Positions 25,344 through 38,128 of a stretch of DNA of 64,000 bases are shown piece after piece. Positions within the stretch are counted from its first letter, which is position 1; the number at the start of each line of letters is the position of its first letter. Origin of the DNA: Octopus vulgaris (lineage: Eukaryota); the NCBI GenBank assembly GCA_951406725.2, contig OX597814.1, forward strand, positions 98,828,001 to 98,892,000, written 5' to 3'. Both the position numbers and the translations under genes were made by a program. Below the pieces are notes generated by a model, which was not told where the DNA came from, searched no databases, and saw only the letters and a program-made list of their open reading frames with translations.

Positions 25344-25754
25344 CAAATTGTGAATTATTTGGGGCTATAAAAAAACAAAAACGGAATAAGCCAATTTCTC
25401 ATAAAGAGAAAAACATAATTGGTTGACATTATTTCATAGTAAGTTTTCTACTACAGAGCATTCTGTTTCGAAAATTTCTGCCTCTTACAAGCAGCATCTC
25501 ACCAGGCCGTGAATAAAAGACTGAATAGTTTCATGATTAGCTCCATACGGCTATTTGTCACATGGAATTAAATATAAAACTGCTCTGATCGGAAAGATGT
25601 ATGAGAGGAGAGACACTTCTATATTGAAATGGATGAAATTATTTTTACGAGGATAAACTTAACTTGAAGTGGTCGACATAGACTTAACTTTCTACAGGTA
25701 TGCGTAATCGGTAACAAAAGACCTAGCACAATGCATCACACCTGGTACAACACA

Positions 25755-25792
<38 letters not shown>

Positions 25793-26549
25793 CACAAGCA
25801 CGCACACAATCACAAGCACGCACACAAAAAACGCAAACTCACACATGCATGCATTGTCTTTTGAATAAGATCAAAGCGTTTGAGCATATGTACACACACA
25901 CACACACACACATATGTATACATAGATACATACATGTGCTTGTTTGTACGTGTTTTAGGTCGATATAAAGTTGTACATATTACGTAGAGAGTAACAAAAA
26001 CATTTACTGATATATGCAACGTGTGTGAAAACATACTCAATGCATGTACAGACACTCGCATTATGTATATGGATACGTGTGTTCCAATATAAAGATACTA
26101 TTTGTCGATAATTTACCATCATATGTCAAGACTGATTGTTTTCCTGATATTATGGTGGTCGTTTACGAAAGTAAAAGTCAAGAAAAACGAGTGAATAACA
26201 AACAGATTCAAGATAAATTGACCAAACCCTCATCACTTGAAGTTCGAACATCACGAAGTTCGATCATCACTTGACGTTCGTCAATAGGCTTCGTAAAAAA
26301 GAACAGACTTCCAACGATTAATAATGAAAAAAAAAGTGAATGTAAATAAATAAATGTTCTGAATTTGAACAATAGGTAAGCAATTGGAAAGGCTATAAAA
26401 TGGGTGTGGGATGAGGGTAAGATTCATCGACAAAACATCTTTAAAGCTGCTTTTTCTTCAACAGTAAACTACTACCACTTTCTTATACATCTATTATATT
26501 CTGTATTATATTCTTATGCAGTTCTCGCTTTCACTCACATTTACATATA

Positions 26550-27560
26550 TACACGATGTTCAGGCTAAATTTGTCAGTCTGAATAAAAGGAATAGTAAGC
26601 ACATTATCCCGTCTAGAAATAAAAATCAGACAATATCTCAGGGGTTCGCTCCTCTTCTTGCAATATATATCAGGTGCAGATTGTAGCGATAATCACCTGG
26701 AGAAGGCTCCTCCAGGGTTTAAAAATGGCAATAACGTCTGATCGTACGGAACAGCCATATTGAAGAGGCGATAAATATTACTTCTGATTGGTAAATAACA
26801 GTTTACTCAAAGTAGCCACCCTCAGATTCCACCACAGCGTCAAGAAGGCTCTAGAACCTAGTACGTGCGTTCGTTACTATGTTCGTGAGGTGAGTTTGGA
26901 AGACAATCTGGATTTTGGCTACCAGCTCGGTCTTGGGGTTGCAGGCAGAGATGTTGAAGTCTTTCTCGACTGCACACCACACATAGTAACCTATGGGATT
27001 AAAACTGGAGGAAATTAAGAGACCAGAAATTGGAGATGGCCAAGACTACTTCTGACACTTTCCGGAGGAGGTAGTGCAAAGAACCGATTCCTGCTGCCTC
27101 ATACATGGCATTCCAGCAGTAATTCTTTCTAGCCAGGAATAGACCACAATCTTCAACAGCTTCATATACCCATCTGAATTGAGTTTAAGACTTTGCTCAA
27201 AGATGTGCAGGTGAATTCCGGCGTGCGGACAGACAAAAACGGATACTATGTCCCTTCTTGTTGGCCACGGCTTCGTAGTCTCCATTGCAGCTGCCCGTGT
27301 GATGTCTTACAAACTTCACAGAATATTGAGCAGCAGTTATGCCATCGGCATTTTGATATCCGGCGCGAATCATCATGATACAGATAACCCGTTCCCAATA
27401 TTCAGATGGCTTTCAGATCTTCATGTCAGCTAACCTTTTCTCATCTACAACTGAAATGTTTATGCTCTCCAACGCTGTCGACTGTTCACCAATAATTGAA
27501 GCTATTTATGAAAAAAGGAGACATAAAATATCGCCAAATTTTGACCGAATACACTGTACA
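26550..27560 (-). mobile_element. Decayed maT-like (DD37D) transposon
   Basis: HIFEQSLKLNSDGYMKLL, RQQESVLC, FNPIGYYVWCAVEKD; homologous to 11660-12390; weak TIRs (TACACGATGTTCAGGCTAAATTTG / CAAATTTTGACCGAATACACTGTA). Confidence 0.7.
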
Positions 27561-27623
27561 TACATACATACATACATACATACATACATACATACATACA
27601 TACATACATACATACAAACAAAC

Positions 27624-27729
27624 AAAAATACCCTGTTGTTGATGTTGAAATTCTAATGAAGGAACCTTGGATCTAGGTTAGAAACCGGTTCTTTCTCTAT
27701 TGGCAAGAAAACTTGAAACTGAATAATGA
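27624..27729 (+). mobile_element. 3'-UTR-only insertion of an R4/Dong-like element in (CATA)n
   Basis: GAAGGAACCTTGGATCTAGGTTAGAAACCGGTTC is homologous to GATGGAGCCTTATATCTTTGTTCGAAACCGGCTC in the 12681-13360 element; both end TGA|CATA. Confidence 0.65.
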
Positions 27730-27747
27730 CATACATATATACATACA

Positions 27748-27793
<46 letters not shown>

Positions 27794-27860
27794 TATATGT
27801 GTATATATATATATAAATATATATATATATGTATATATATATACATACTCCTCCCTCTCT

Positions 27861-27896
<36 letters not shown>

Positions 27897-28509
27897 ACAC
27901 TCATACATACATACATACATACATACATACATACATACATACATACATACATACATACATACAAACATACATACATACATACAAAGAGACATGAATGCAT
28001 ATGTTTATGAATTTGAAATAGCCCAGAAACTATCTGTAGAGGTTTTGCATTTCTGACATGCACGGTCATGTAACTGGCTTTTTCCATGATTTAAACGACA
28101 ACACACATGTTTATCAATAAAATAATAAGAGTAGTATTCGTGCAGAAATTAAAAAAGTTTATTAAAAGAAAGAAAGATGAGCTTAGCCACTTTTTTGTTG
28201 TTGCTATATCAGTCTCAATTCAAGCGAACTTTCAAATGAACATAGCGTATGTAGTTGTATTTCAAAGCTGGTAAACAAAACGTATTTCAATGAGAGAATG
28301 ACCCCATTGATATAATCCATACTCCATACACACGCCGACACATTTATAGACCTTCATTTTAATCTATTTATCTATCTAACTATCAATCTACACACACGCA
28401 CAGACTCACACACACAGACACACACAAACACACACGCACACATCAATTACAGCAATAGCTATTTTTATTGTCATGAATATTCTAATAAATCTATATGTTT
28501 ATATATGTT

Positions 28510-28564
<55 letters not shown>

Positions 28565-28566
<2 letters not shown>

Positions 28567-28730
28567 CGAGATAGGGAAGATGCCGACGACCACTCGGTTC
28601 AAAGTCTCTCTTGACCAGAAATGGCCTGATCTCTTTGTATGACCACCCTCCCTGTACATAACTCCCTGTCCCCCTACATGGCCTTGCTTTTTGCTTTTTG
28701 AGCCAATAAAAATTGACTTGAAAAAAATCT
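28565..28730 (+). mobile_element. CR1-like LINE 3' end with (TATG)n tail
   Basis: NEIGKMPTTTRFKVSLDQKWPDLFV* fits the CR1 terminal FK..LD..W motif; AATAAA at 28705-10; (TATG)n on both sides. Confidence 0.65.
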
Positions 28731-28822
28731 ATGTATGTATTTATGTATGTATGTATTTATGTATGTATGTATGTATGTATGTATGTATGTATGTATGTAT
28801 GTATGTATGTATGTATGTATAT

Positions 28823-29141
28823 GAAAACGCATAGGTCAGTAGTTAGAGCATCGGGCTCACAATCATGAGGTAGTGGGTTCGATTTCTGGACTGAGCTGTG
28901 TGTCGTGTTCTTGAGCAAAACACTATTTCACCTGGCTCCAGTTCACTCAGCTGTAGAAATGAATTGTTACGTCACTGGTGCCAAGCTATATTGGCCTTTG
29001 GTTGTTCCTTGGATATCATCAGTGGCGTGGAGAGGAGAGGCTGGTATGCATGGGCCAGTGCTAGTCTTCCACAAAACAACCTCGAAGAGGAGCTGTCTTG
29101 GTGCAATTCTATGATCATTCACGACCGACGGGGGGTCTTTA
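28823..29141 (+). mobile_element. SINE family C (tRNA head plus CORE-like domain)
   Basis: GTTCGATTTCTGGACTG, GTGTTCTTGAGCAAAACACT...CCAGTTCACTCAGCTGTAGAAATG; copies at 36488, 47250 and 62200. Confidence 0.8.
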
Positions 29142-29595
29142 TGTCTGCCTGTCTATCTACACTTATATTTTAGACTGCATCTGGTACGGGAGCCCTGGTA
29201 GAAGAGCTCCAGGGATTTGAGGAATGCTGAACCATTGTTCCAAGTTCTAACCTGATCCGAAAAAGTTGCAGCTTTTAGGGTTCCAGTTATGGGCTAACTA
29301 GCATGTGAACCATTTAAAGTGGAGAGGACCCTAGTTCTAATTAGAACGTCGTTCTAGAAGGTAAATTCGTATAAAGAACTTAAAATCTATTTGGTTTCTT
29401 GCAGTCGCAGGCTCCGTTGTTCCACTGATTTTATGGCTGATTGCACTGAAAAGTGGGTTCAGTGCAGTGCAACACAACCCACTCAAAACGAAATGGGTCA
29501 CAGGAATTTCTTTGATTCTCGGAATATTTGCTTGGATTTATTGAGTTCAGGAAGTAATCTTACTCGGTCACGGGTTGACGTCAACAGCAACAACA

Positions 29596-29815
29596 GGAGG
29601 CGCAATGGCCCAGTGGTTAGGGCAGCGGACTCGCGGTCGGAGGATCGCGTTTTCGATTCCCAGACCGGGCGTTGTGTGTGTTTATAGAGCGAAAACACTT
29701 AAAGCTCCAACTTTCTTTCACTCTTTCTTCCCGTTTCTTGTCCCCAACTTCCTACGCAACCGATGAGCCTGGATGCGCATTCATCCGTCGATGCTCTCGG
29801 TGTCGGAGGTTACAG
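29596..29815 (+). mobile_element. SINE with a family F head and a different 3' body
   Basis: Matches 15293 up to AAAGCTCC (about 29708), then an unrelated tail; CAGCAACAACA-like repeats on both flanks. Confidence 0.7.
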
Positions 29816-29870
29816 CAACAGCAACAACAACACACACTATTTTCATATTTCATATTTATTTATATGTATT

Positions 29871-29921
<51 letters not shown>

Positions 29922-30082
29922 GTTATATATATATATATATGTGTGTGTGTATAAGAGTGTTTAAGTATTTATACACAGAAACTCTTATATATGAAAATAT
30001 GTTGTCTATTGACTTTCATTATGCATGGTAGCTAGTGTTATGAACATTTTTCTAAATTTTCTATTCTTACAATTTTCACAGT

Positions 30083-30162
<80 letters not shown>

Positions 30163-30166
<4 letters not shown>

Positions 30167-30336
30167 AGAGTTTACGAAAAAACAACAAAAGACGAAGCCA
30201 GATGGTGTACAAAACAAACAGATGTATTAGTATAACGCTCAGGAATAGAAAAAGTATTTTACGTTTCAAGCCTTCGCTCTTCTACAGAAAGGGAGAAACA
30301 AGAAGAGAAAAAAATGTGTGTAGTGGCTAACGATAT

Positions 30337-30383
<47 letters not shown>

Positions 30384-30595
30384 CGGGAAGCTTTATGAAA
30401 ATAAACAAAAGACGAAGGCAGGTGGAATACAAACAAACAATTGTATTAGTATGGCGCTCAGGAATATAAATAAAACAAGTCTTTTACGTTTCGAGCCTAC
30501 GCTCTTCAACAGAAAGATACACAGAAAAGAAACACGGAGAGAAACAAGGAGAGAAAAAAATGTGTGCAGAAGCTAGCGAATCAACATGGCGATCT
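30163..30595 (-). mobile_element. Two tandem family E PLE-terminal repeats, each with a variant minimal hammerhead (30255-30292, 30480-30517)
   Basis: Minus strand TCTTT-CTGTTGA-A-GAGC gtag GCTC-GAAA-CG-TA-AAAGA and TTT-CTGTAGA-A-GAGC gaag GCTT-GAAA-CG-TA-AAA; the copies are separated by (TA)n. Confidence 0.7.
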
Positions 30596-30977
30596 ATATA
30601 AGTTCTATTGCCACCACCATCACCACTAGCAACAATAATTAAGGTGCTGACAATGATGATGATGACAATTGAAATATAAAAATATAAAAATCTCTGACAA
30701 AGGCTATTTACAACATTTCTAAATAACCCAACAACTGCTGCCTCGGCCAAGGGTTAAGATACATGACTCTTGACATGTCCAACAAAGCGTGACGCCTAAA
30801 CCAATCAGCTCAACCAACCAATCAGCTTAAGTAATTGAGTGATACTACACACTGATTGGTCAGAATACAGTTTGCAAAACCTAGCAATCTGGAGCCTACA
30901 GAGCTGTATTTAAAGCACAGATTCAATCATCTCGCTACAGTCAAAAATTGTGAAGCATGACTGTCACCACTACTACA

Positions 30978-31022
30978 TGAACCTGAAGATTGCAGAATTT
31001 AATGCATGAAAATACTAGTTCA
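30978..31022 (+). ncRNA. Minimal type-I hammerhead in a pLTR-like cassette (about 30700-31115)
   Basis: TGAAC-CTGAAGA-T TGCA gaatttaa TGCA T-GAAA-ATAC-TA-GTTCA with a perfect 5-bp stem I. Upstream CCAATCAG x2, CTGATTGG and TATTTAAA (about 30907); downstream AATAAA (about 31099). Confidence 0.7.
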
Positions 31023-31140
31023 ATCAGAATGAACAGTTAACATTCTATTTTATTTTATTTTATTATATTATATTATCTTATATCATTATAAGATTGTAAA
31101 TAAAACGTGAAAATCAGACAAGGCTGGAATTCCTTTTATC

Positions 31141-31198
<58 letters not shown>

Positions 31199-31217
31199 GA
31201 TAGATAGATAGATAGAT

Positions 31218-31295
<78 letters not shown>

Positions 31296-31310
31296 CATAT
31301 ATATATCTGA

Positions 31311-31387
<77 letters not shown>

Positions 31388-31412
31388 CATATGTATACAC
31401 AGAGAGAGACAC

Positions 31413-31463
<51 letters not shown>

Positions 31464-32442
31464 ATGTTGGCACAGGAATTTGGAAAAAGTTTTTGACTTT
31501 ATGTAACCAAATATTAATTGATTCTCTGTTTAAAAAAATCCTAATAGGAATTTTTTTACACGTTTATCCAACATCTTCAACTTTAATTCTTATGAGCAAA
31601 TAAAACCGTACGTAGCGGTGATTAAATAGGAAAAAATGTCAAACTTCCCGTTTTGTGTCGCACACATAAATATATACATTAAATTGTAGCTTTATCCACT
31701 TCAAGCAGGCAGTAACTATTTTGTTTTGCTGCTCACTGAGGATGTGTTAGTTTGTTTATAAGCTTTGCTCTTCTCACAAACATCTGCCGTAGCAACTAAG
31801 CCGGACTACTTAAAGGAAAGGACGAAATCGATAGATTTGTAGATTTACGCTAGGGATGAAACAGCTAGTCCCTGTGATGACTTGAACTTTCCAGTACCTG
31901 AAATAATGCATGCACACACCCAACACAACTCAAACGCGTACAAATGCACACGTGTGTGCGTGCGTGCGTGCGTGTGTGTGTGTGTGTGTGTGTGTGTTTG
32001 TGTGTGTGTGCGCGTGTTATTGCGGGCATCGGATCGATTGGACAAGTGCTTACATGCTAGTGAAGACCTAAGCAATGATCATGAGGGTTATTAACCCGTT
32101 TAATCACAAAAATATATACATAACGTACTGATTATGCATTTGTCGCCCTACTCTCTCTGCATACATTCATACATATATACATACATGCATACATATATAC
32201 ATACATACATATACATACACACACGCACATATATATATATACTATAAAACAAGAAGAAAAGTGACCAGTATTGTCCTGCGCCGACAACACTTGTGCCATT
32301 TTGTAAAATCGACAAAATGAGTACAGCATATGTCTGTCTGTGTGTATATATGTATGTATGTACGTATCTATCTACGAAATGAGAAAGAGAGAGAAAGCGA
32401 GAGGAGAGAAAGATAGATAGAGATAGATAGATTGATAGATAG

Positions 32443-32504
<62 letters not shown>

Positions 32505-32509
32505 CACAC

Positions 32510-33060
32510 AACGACTGAAAAAGAAAAGACAAGTGCTGCGGTTGATTTGTTCAAATAAAGCCCTTTATGACGGTGCCCCAGTTTGGCCGCTGTCCTATGA
32601 CTGAAACTAGTAAAAGACAAAGGATAAGATATACACATGGCGCCGGCGAGGCAGCATGGTAAGAAGCTTGCTTCCCAACCACATGGTTCCGGGTTCAGTC
32701 CTACTGCGTGGTACCTCGAGCAAATGTCTTCTACTGTAGCCTCGGGCCGCCCAAAGCCTTGTGAGTGGATTTGGTGGACGGAAACTGAAAGATGCCCGTA
32801 TATATATTTATATTTATGTATGTGTGTATGTGTGTGTGTGTGGGGGGGTTGTATCTGTTTGTTCCTCCACCACCGCTTGACAACCGATGTTGGTATGTTT
32901 ATGTCCCCGTAATTTAGCGGTTCAGCAAAAGAGACCGATAGAATAAATACCAGATTTCAAAAAGAGTTACGGGGTCGATTTATTCGACTAAAAAATTCAA
33001 GGTGGTGCCCCAGCATGGCCGCTACCTAATGACTGAAACAAATAAAGGATAAAAGATAAA
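32510..33060 (+). mobile_element. SINE family B tail fragment followed by a near full-length copy (about 32638-33060)
   Basis: Matches 20422-20857 along its length. Confidence 0.8.
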
Positions 33061-33301
33061 TACACACGCACACACACACACATATGTATACGTATATTTT
33101 GCGATATAAAAGCTTTCAAAAAATGTCAATTTGTGCTTTTATAGAAAGTTCGTATGATCTGTTCTATGTTTATTTATGAGTGAGATGAACAAAGATTATA
33201 CCCAGGTCCAGTTTCTTTTGATCGACACCGTAGTAGATAAACCAAAACAATGTATTGGGAGGAAGAATACATGGAAATGAAATACATGTTAGCGGGAGCG
33301 T

Positions 33302-33422
33302 GGGACGTTACGGCACGGCTGTTTTGGCACCGCCTAACTTGTCGCTGATTCGACGCTGACTTGCTTGACTTCAGACATTTTAATGCTTCTCTCGTTTTAA
33401 TGTACTTTCATTCTGTCCTCAG

Positions 33423-33476
<54 letters not shown>

Positions 33477-33740
33477 CCCTCTCTCTCTCGCAGGTTTTAT
33501 ATCTGTAAGCATATTTCTGTTTATGAGAAAAGATAGTGTTTATATCAGTTGTGTTCAATTAATAAATCGTAATAACTCTCTATCTGCATGGGCATATTTT
33601 TGCACCTATTTCTGTGTGTGTGTGTGCGTTTATGTATGTGTTTGCCTCCACTGCCAAAGTGTACTGTCGCCAAAACAAGTTCTATGTCCAGTCAGCTGCG
33701 TCAAAATGCCAGCGTCCAACAGCCGCACCTAATTGTCTCA
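33302..33740. mobile_element. Possible MITE with GC-rich subterminal repeats
   Basis: GGGACGTTACGGCACGGCTGTTTTGGCACC at left versus CGTCCAACAGCCGCACCTAATTGTCTC at right, a degenerate inverted match. Confidence 0.35.
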
Positions 33741-34029
33741 TTCCAAGTTAGCGGTGTTAGAAACGTATGAATTTAAAAATGGTGACAGATACTTTGTACA
33801 TTTACGCATTTCCAACGCTTCTCATCGAGGGTTATAGTGTTATGTCTTATCAATAACGATGTTATTGTATGGCCACATTTTAAATCCTTAGTTCCAGAAG
33901 CAGAATTCTTCCCATTTTTTTGTTTCCATTAAAAAAAAATATATATTTCAAGGATGTAAATAGTTAATGTTCAATATTAGGATTTAAAAAAAAATAGCGT
34001 ACAAAGACCTTTCCTGTTTCATATAAACT

Positions 34030-34255
34030 CATGAGGCCGGTTTCTTGGTTTCCGTGGCGCATATATTCCCCACCTGGAGAGGACGCCAGTCCGTCACAGG
34101 ATTACTCAATTTTGACAGCTGAGTGAAGTAGAGCAAAATGACAGCTGAGCGAAGTAGAGCTTTGCTCAAGAACACAATGCATCGCCCGGCCGAGGAATCG
34201 AAACCATAATCTTACGATCACGAGTCCAGCGCACTTAACCTCTAAGTCACATGCT
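34030..34255 (-). mobile_element. SINE family D (family C-like head and core, different tail)
   Basis: TTTGCTCAAGAACACAATGCATCGCCCGG..GGAATCGAAACC head; internal duplication TGACAGCTGAG(T/C)GAAGTAGAGC. Confidence 0.7.
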
Positions 34256-34794
34256 TCTATATAATGCTCAATATTAAGCCTTAAAAATATAATAGATTCA
34301 CTATAGAACTGTTTTGCAAGGTAATGCGAAATAATCATTAACTGATGCAAAATGTAAGTATTCGTAATAGAAATATAAGAATAAGTAAATGAAAGTGTTA
34401 TGATTCATAAAAAGTATTCAATTGCACATCTCATATATTTGCTTCGGATTGATGATTAATAATTTGTGAATGTAAATTGATTGACGGAATCTGTAAGTTG
34501 GATCTTTACACCGCTGTAGTTTCAGAATAAAAAGAAAAAAGAAAAATTACTGGAGGATTGCTCAAAGTCGATTAAATGCTTCAGCGCTAAAGATACTTAT
34601 GTATTGCAAATGTGTATTTAAATCAGACAATCTTTGCTTTAAATGCATTCAATGAAGATATTATCGCTCATATACCCAGCCGTTGAAACCTAATAAAAAT
34701 ATTCTGAAATTCACTTCATATCTTAAAAAAAAGTGCGAGGAGAGGTGGTTGCGAGGAGCATAGCTGTTTTCTAAATTGGCGTTTAAAGTATTTT

Positions 34795-35191
34795 TAGGGT
34801 TGGAGTAAGATGATATAATCTACCCCAGTGATCAACTTGTACTTATTTTATGGGTCTCGAAAGTATGAAAGGCAAAAACAGCCTCGGTGACATTTGAACT
34901 CAGAAGAAGCATTTGCCCAGCGCGCTAACGAATTCTGCCAGTCAACCGCCTTTGAATAAATCAAAATACTGCTTTCAAATTTTGGCACGTGGCCAGCAAT
35001 TTCAGGGTTGTGGTGGTAGTAAGTCGCTTATATCCATTCCCTTGTTCAACTGATACTTATTTTTATCGACCCCAGTAGGATGAAACGAAAAGTCGGCTTC
35101 GGCGGGGTTTGAACTTAGAACATAAACTCGGAAGGAATGAGTGATAGCATTTTGCCCGGCCCACTAACCATTCTGCCTGCTCGCCGCCTTA
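34795..35191 (-). mobile_element. Two tandem SINE family A copies
   Basis: Each ends TTCTGCC..C..CCGCCTT, the reverse complement of the family A head. Confidence 0.75.
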
Positions 35192-36175
35192 AGAGTGATA
35201 CATATTAAGCGTTATATTTCCTTGCACATTATTCGTGAACAAAAATTATCAATGTGGTAAACTACTCATTGTAATGTTTACATTCACGTTAATCTCCCTT
35301 TCTATCTCAGAGCCGTGTAAATGTCACTCTGCGCTGTAAAATTAGCTTTCGTTTATTTCAAGTTTATATTCCAGGTGTCAGAATATTATGTATTATATTT
35401 TCTAACACCTTATCTCTTAATCATAATCACTGTGGCAAATATTCCTTGAAATGTTTGCATCTATGTTAATTTAACTTACTGACTATCTTAAACCGGTGTC
35501 AAGTGTCATTCTACGCTGTAGATTAGGCTTGGTTTATTCCAGGTTTATATCATTATCTATCCAAGCAACTTAAGTTATTTTATACTATCATGATATAAAA
35601 ACCGTAGCTATCACCAACAAAAATCTACCATTATCACCCACCACCTGCTAAGTCTGTAACTAATATCACTACTTGCATCCCCAGCAACAACAATATGAAA
35701 ATCAATAGATAGATTTGATTACGCACTAGTCTTTAATAATATTCAACAGTAGGAGGACATAATCGGTAATGATTTTCTCCTTCACTTAATACAATGTTCA
35801 CTAAGAGCCAGCGGACTTATTATAGTTTAATTAGTATATTTAATACTAACTGACTCTATCAATTGTAAATACAAGTAGCCTTTCAAGTAGTGACTAAATC
35901 AACTGCCAGCGATACATTCATTGTGTAACTATATCGATATTTGTGGTTCATCCTTTCACTGCTTACATAAACGCGCGCACAGAGACACAAAGACAACGTG
36001 GGCACGTTTGCACATAAACACACGCATACACACACACGCGTGCATTCACACATGCACGCACTCACACACACACACAATCGTAGGCGTACATACACATACA
36101 GATATATAGACAAACCAGTATAGACATAGAGGCGTAAAAAAAACCATATAAGCTCAGTCAAATGCGTACACATTA

Positions 36176-36232
<57 letters not shown>

Positions 36233-36377
36233 GTCTCTCTGTCTCTCTCTCTCGTTTTATGTTTGTCTATCTGCCTCTCATCCTCTCCCTTTCGCACAGC
36301 ACGATTTTGAATTGGCTATCCCTTGTTCATACATCAACATATATAAATATGTTGATGTATATATATATATACATATC

Positions 36378-36434
<57 letters not shown>

Positions 36435-36435
36435 C

Positions 36436-36486
<51 letters not shown>

Positions 36487-36487
36487 T

Positions 36488-36803
36488 GAAGGCGTATGGC
36501 TCAGGGGTTAGAGTGTCGAGCTTACGATCGTGAGGTTGTGAGTTCGATTCCCGAATCGGGCTGCGTGAAGACACTTTATTTCACGTTGCTCCAGTTCACT
36601 CAGCTGTAGAAATGAGTTGTGACGTCACGAGTGCCAAGCTGTATCGACCTTTACCGTGGATAACACTGGAGGCGTGGAGAGGGAGGAACCGGTATGCATG
36701 GATGAGTGCTGGACTTCCACAAACAACCTTGCCGGGACTTGTGCCTCAGAGGGTAACTTTCTAGGTGCAATCCGATGTTCATTCATAACCGAAGGGGGTC
36801 TCC
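36488..36803 (+). mobile_element. SINE family C
   Basis: GAAGGCGTATGGCTCAGGGGTTAGAG...GAGTTCGATTCCC...CCAGTTCACTCAGCTGTAGAAATG. Confidence 0.82.
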
Positions 36804-36809
36804 TCCTCC

Positions 36810-36859
<50 letters not shown>

Positions 36860-36961
36860 TATGGGAACATGAACAGCTACTTACTAGGTGTTTATATATA
36901 TACATGCACATCTACATATGCACACACGTATATGTACATGTACATTATATATTTATACATG

Positions 36962-36999
<38 letters not shown>

Positions 37000-37053
37000 A
37001 ATACAATATATATGAATATTTTTATTAGCGAAGGAGGCAGTATTAGTACCGAA

Positions 37054-37229
37054 AAGCAATCAGTATATCTTACTCAATGTAACTATACTAACAGAAACCC
37101 ACAATACTGCGATATTCCTCTTGAGAAGACATCTCAGGTGTCGATACAAGATGTCTTCTGAAGGAATATACCTCGGTATGGTGGCTTTCTGTTATTGTAT
37201 CCACGTTAAGTATGATGTTCAGATTGCTT
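37054..37229. repeat. Foldback palindrome (~80-nt arms)
   Basis: AAGCAATCAG...TAACAGAAACCCAC...AGAAGACATCT pairs with AGATGTCTTCT...GTGGCTTTCTGTTA...CAGATTGCTT. Confidence 0.8.
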
Positions 37230-37240
37230 ATGTACATCTG

Positions 37241-37271
<31 letters not shown>

Positions 37272-37329
37272 GTATTTTTGTTTGTATGTATGTATGTATG
37301 CATATGTGCATGTGTGTGTGTTTTATCTC

Positions 37330-37709
37330 TCACAGTCCTTAGACTGTGGCCATGCTGGGTTATTGCCTTGAAGAATTTTTGTTTCAAAAGAATTGACCTT
37401 AGTACTTATGGTTTTAGAGCCTGATACTTATCCTATAGGGTTTTTTTGCCGAACCGTTAAGTTATAGGGACATGAAAACATCAACACTGGTTGTCAAGCG
37501 GTGTTGGTGGAAACACAGGCAGAAAGACAAACACATACACACACGCACACATATACACACACACAAAAACAAACAAATACACTCACACACATTCATATAT
37601 AAATATATAACAAAAGATGTGTTATAACACTATTCCACATATACAAAAACAGCAATACCAACAATCCAATGTATCTCATCATCAGCTGCCCCACGAATAT
37701 CATGGTTCC

Positions 37710-37752
<43 letters not shown>

Positions 37753-37915
37753 GTGTGTGTTTGTGTGTGCGCGTGACAGGCTTCTTTCAGTTTCCGTCAA
37801 CCTAATTCACACTTTGGTCTGCCAAAAGCTAAAGTAGAAGATATCTGCCCAAAGCGTCACGCAGCGGGGTTGAGCTCGGAACCACGTGGCTGGGAAGCAA
37901 ACCTTTTACTACACC
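37330..37915 (-). mobile_element. SINE family B copy (degenerate, expanded middle)
   Basis: Tail CAGTCCTTAGACTGTGGCCATGCTGG; GACAGGCTTCTTTCAGTTTCCGTC; head GGAACCACGTGGCTGGGAAGCAA. Confidence 0.7.
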
Positions 37916-38128
37916 CGCGCACACAGTTATACACTCACACAGACACACACATTTAAGGTTTAAAATAACTAACAATGCCATAGCTACCTTTTGGGTTATA
38001 TATTTGCAAATACTTCTTCCTACATAGTTTCAAAAAATGTAGTAGTAAGCGCCAAAAGCCTGCAACTAACCTTAAAGAGGTTGTGGAGCATAAAATTTCA
38101 TTACTGGATGTAAATACTATTCACCCAG

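Noticed and set aside
27653-27695. CTAATGA...GAAACCGGTTC read as a hammerhead
   Set aside because: The core has G5A, there is no stem I, and the homologous 3'UTR near 12730 lacks the core; it is better explained as a LINE 3' stem-loop.
28866-28880. TGAGGTAGTGGGTT, similar to let-7
   Set aside because: It lies inside a SINE family C tRNA head and forms no precursor hairpin.
35310-35551. Two diverged ~60-nt direct repeats about 180 nt apart
   Set aside because: Only two degenerate units; an old tandem duplication rather than a CRISPR-like or regular array.
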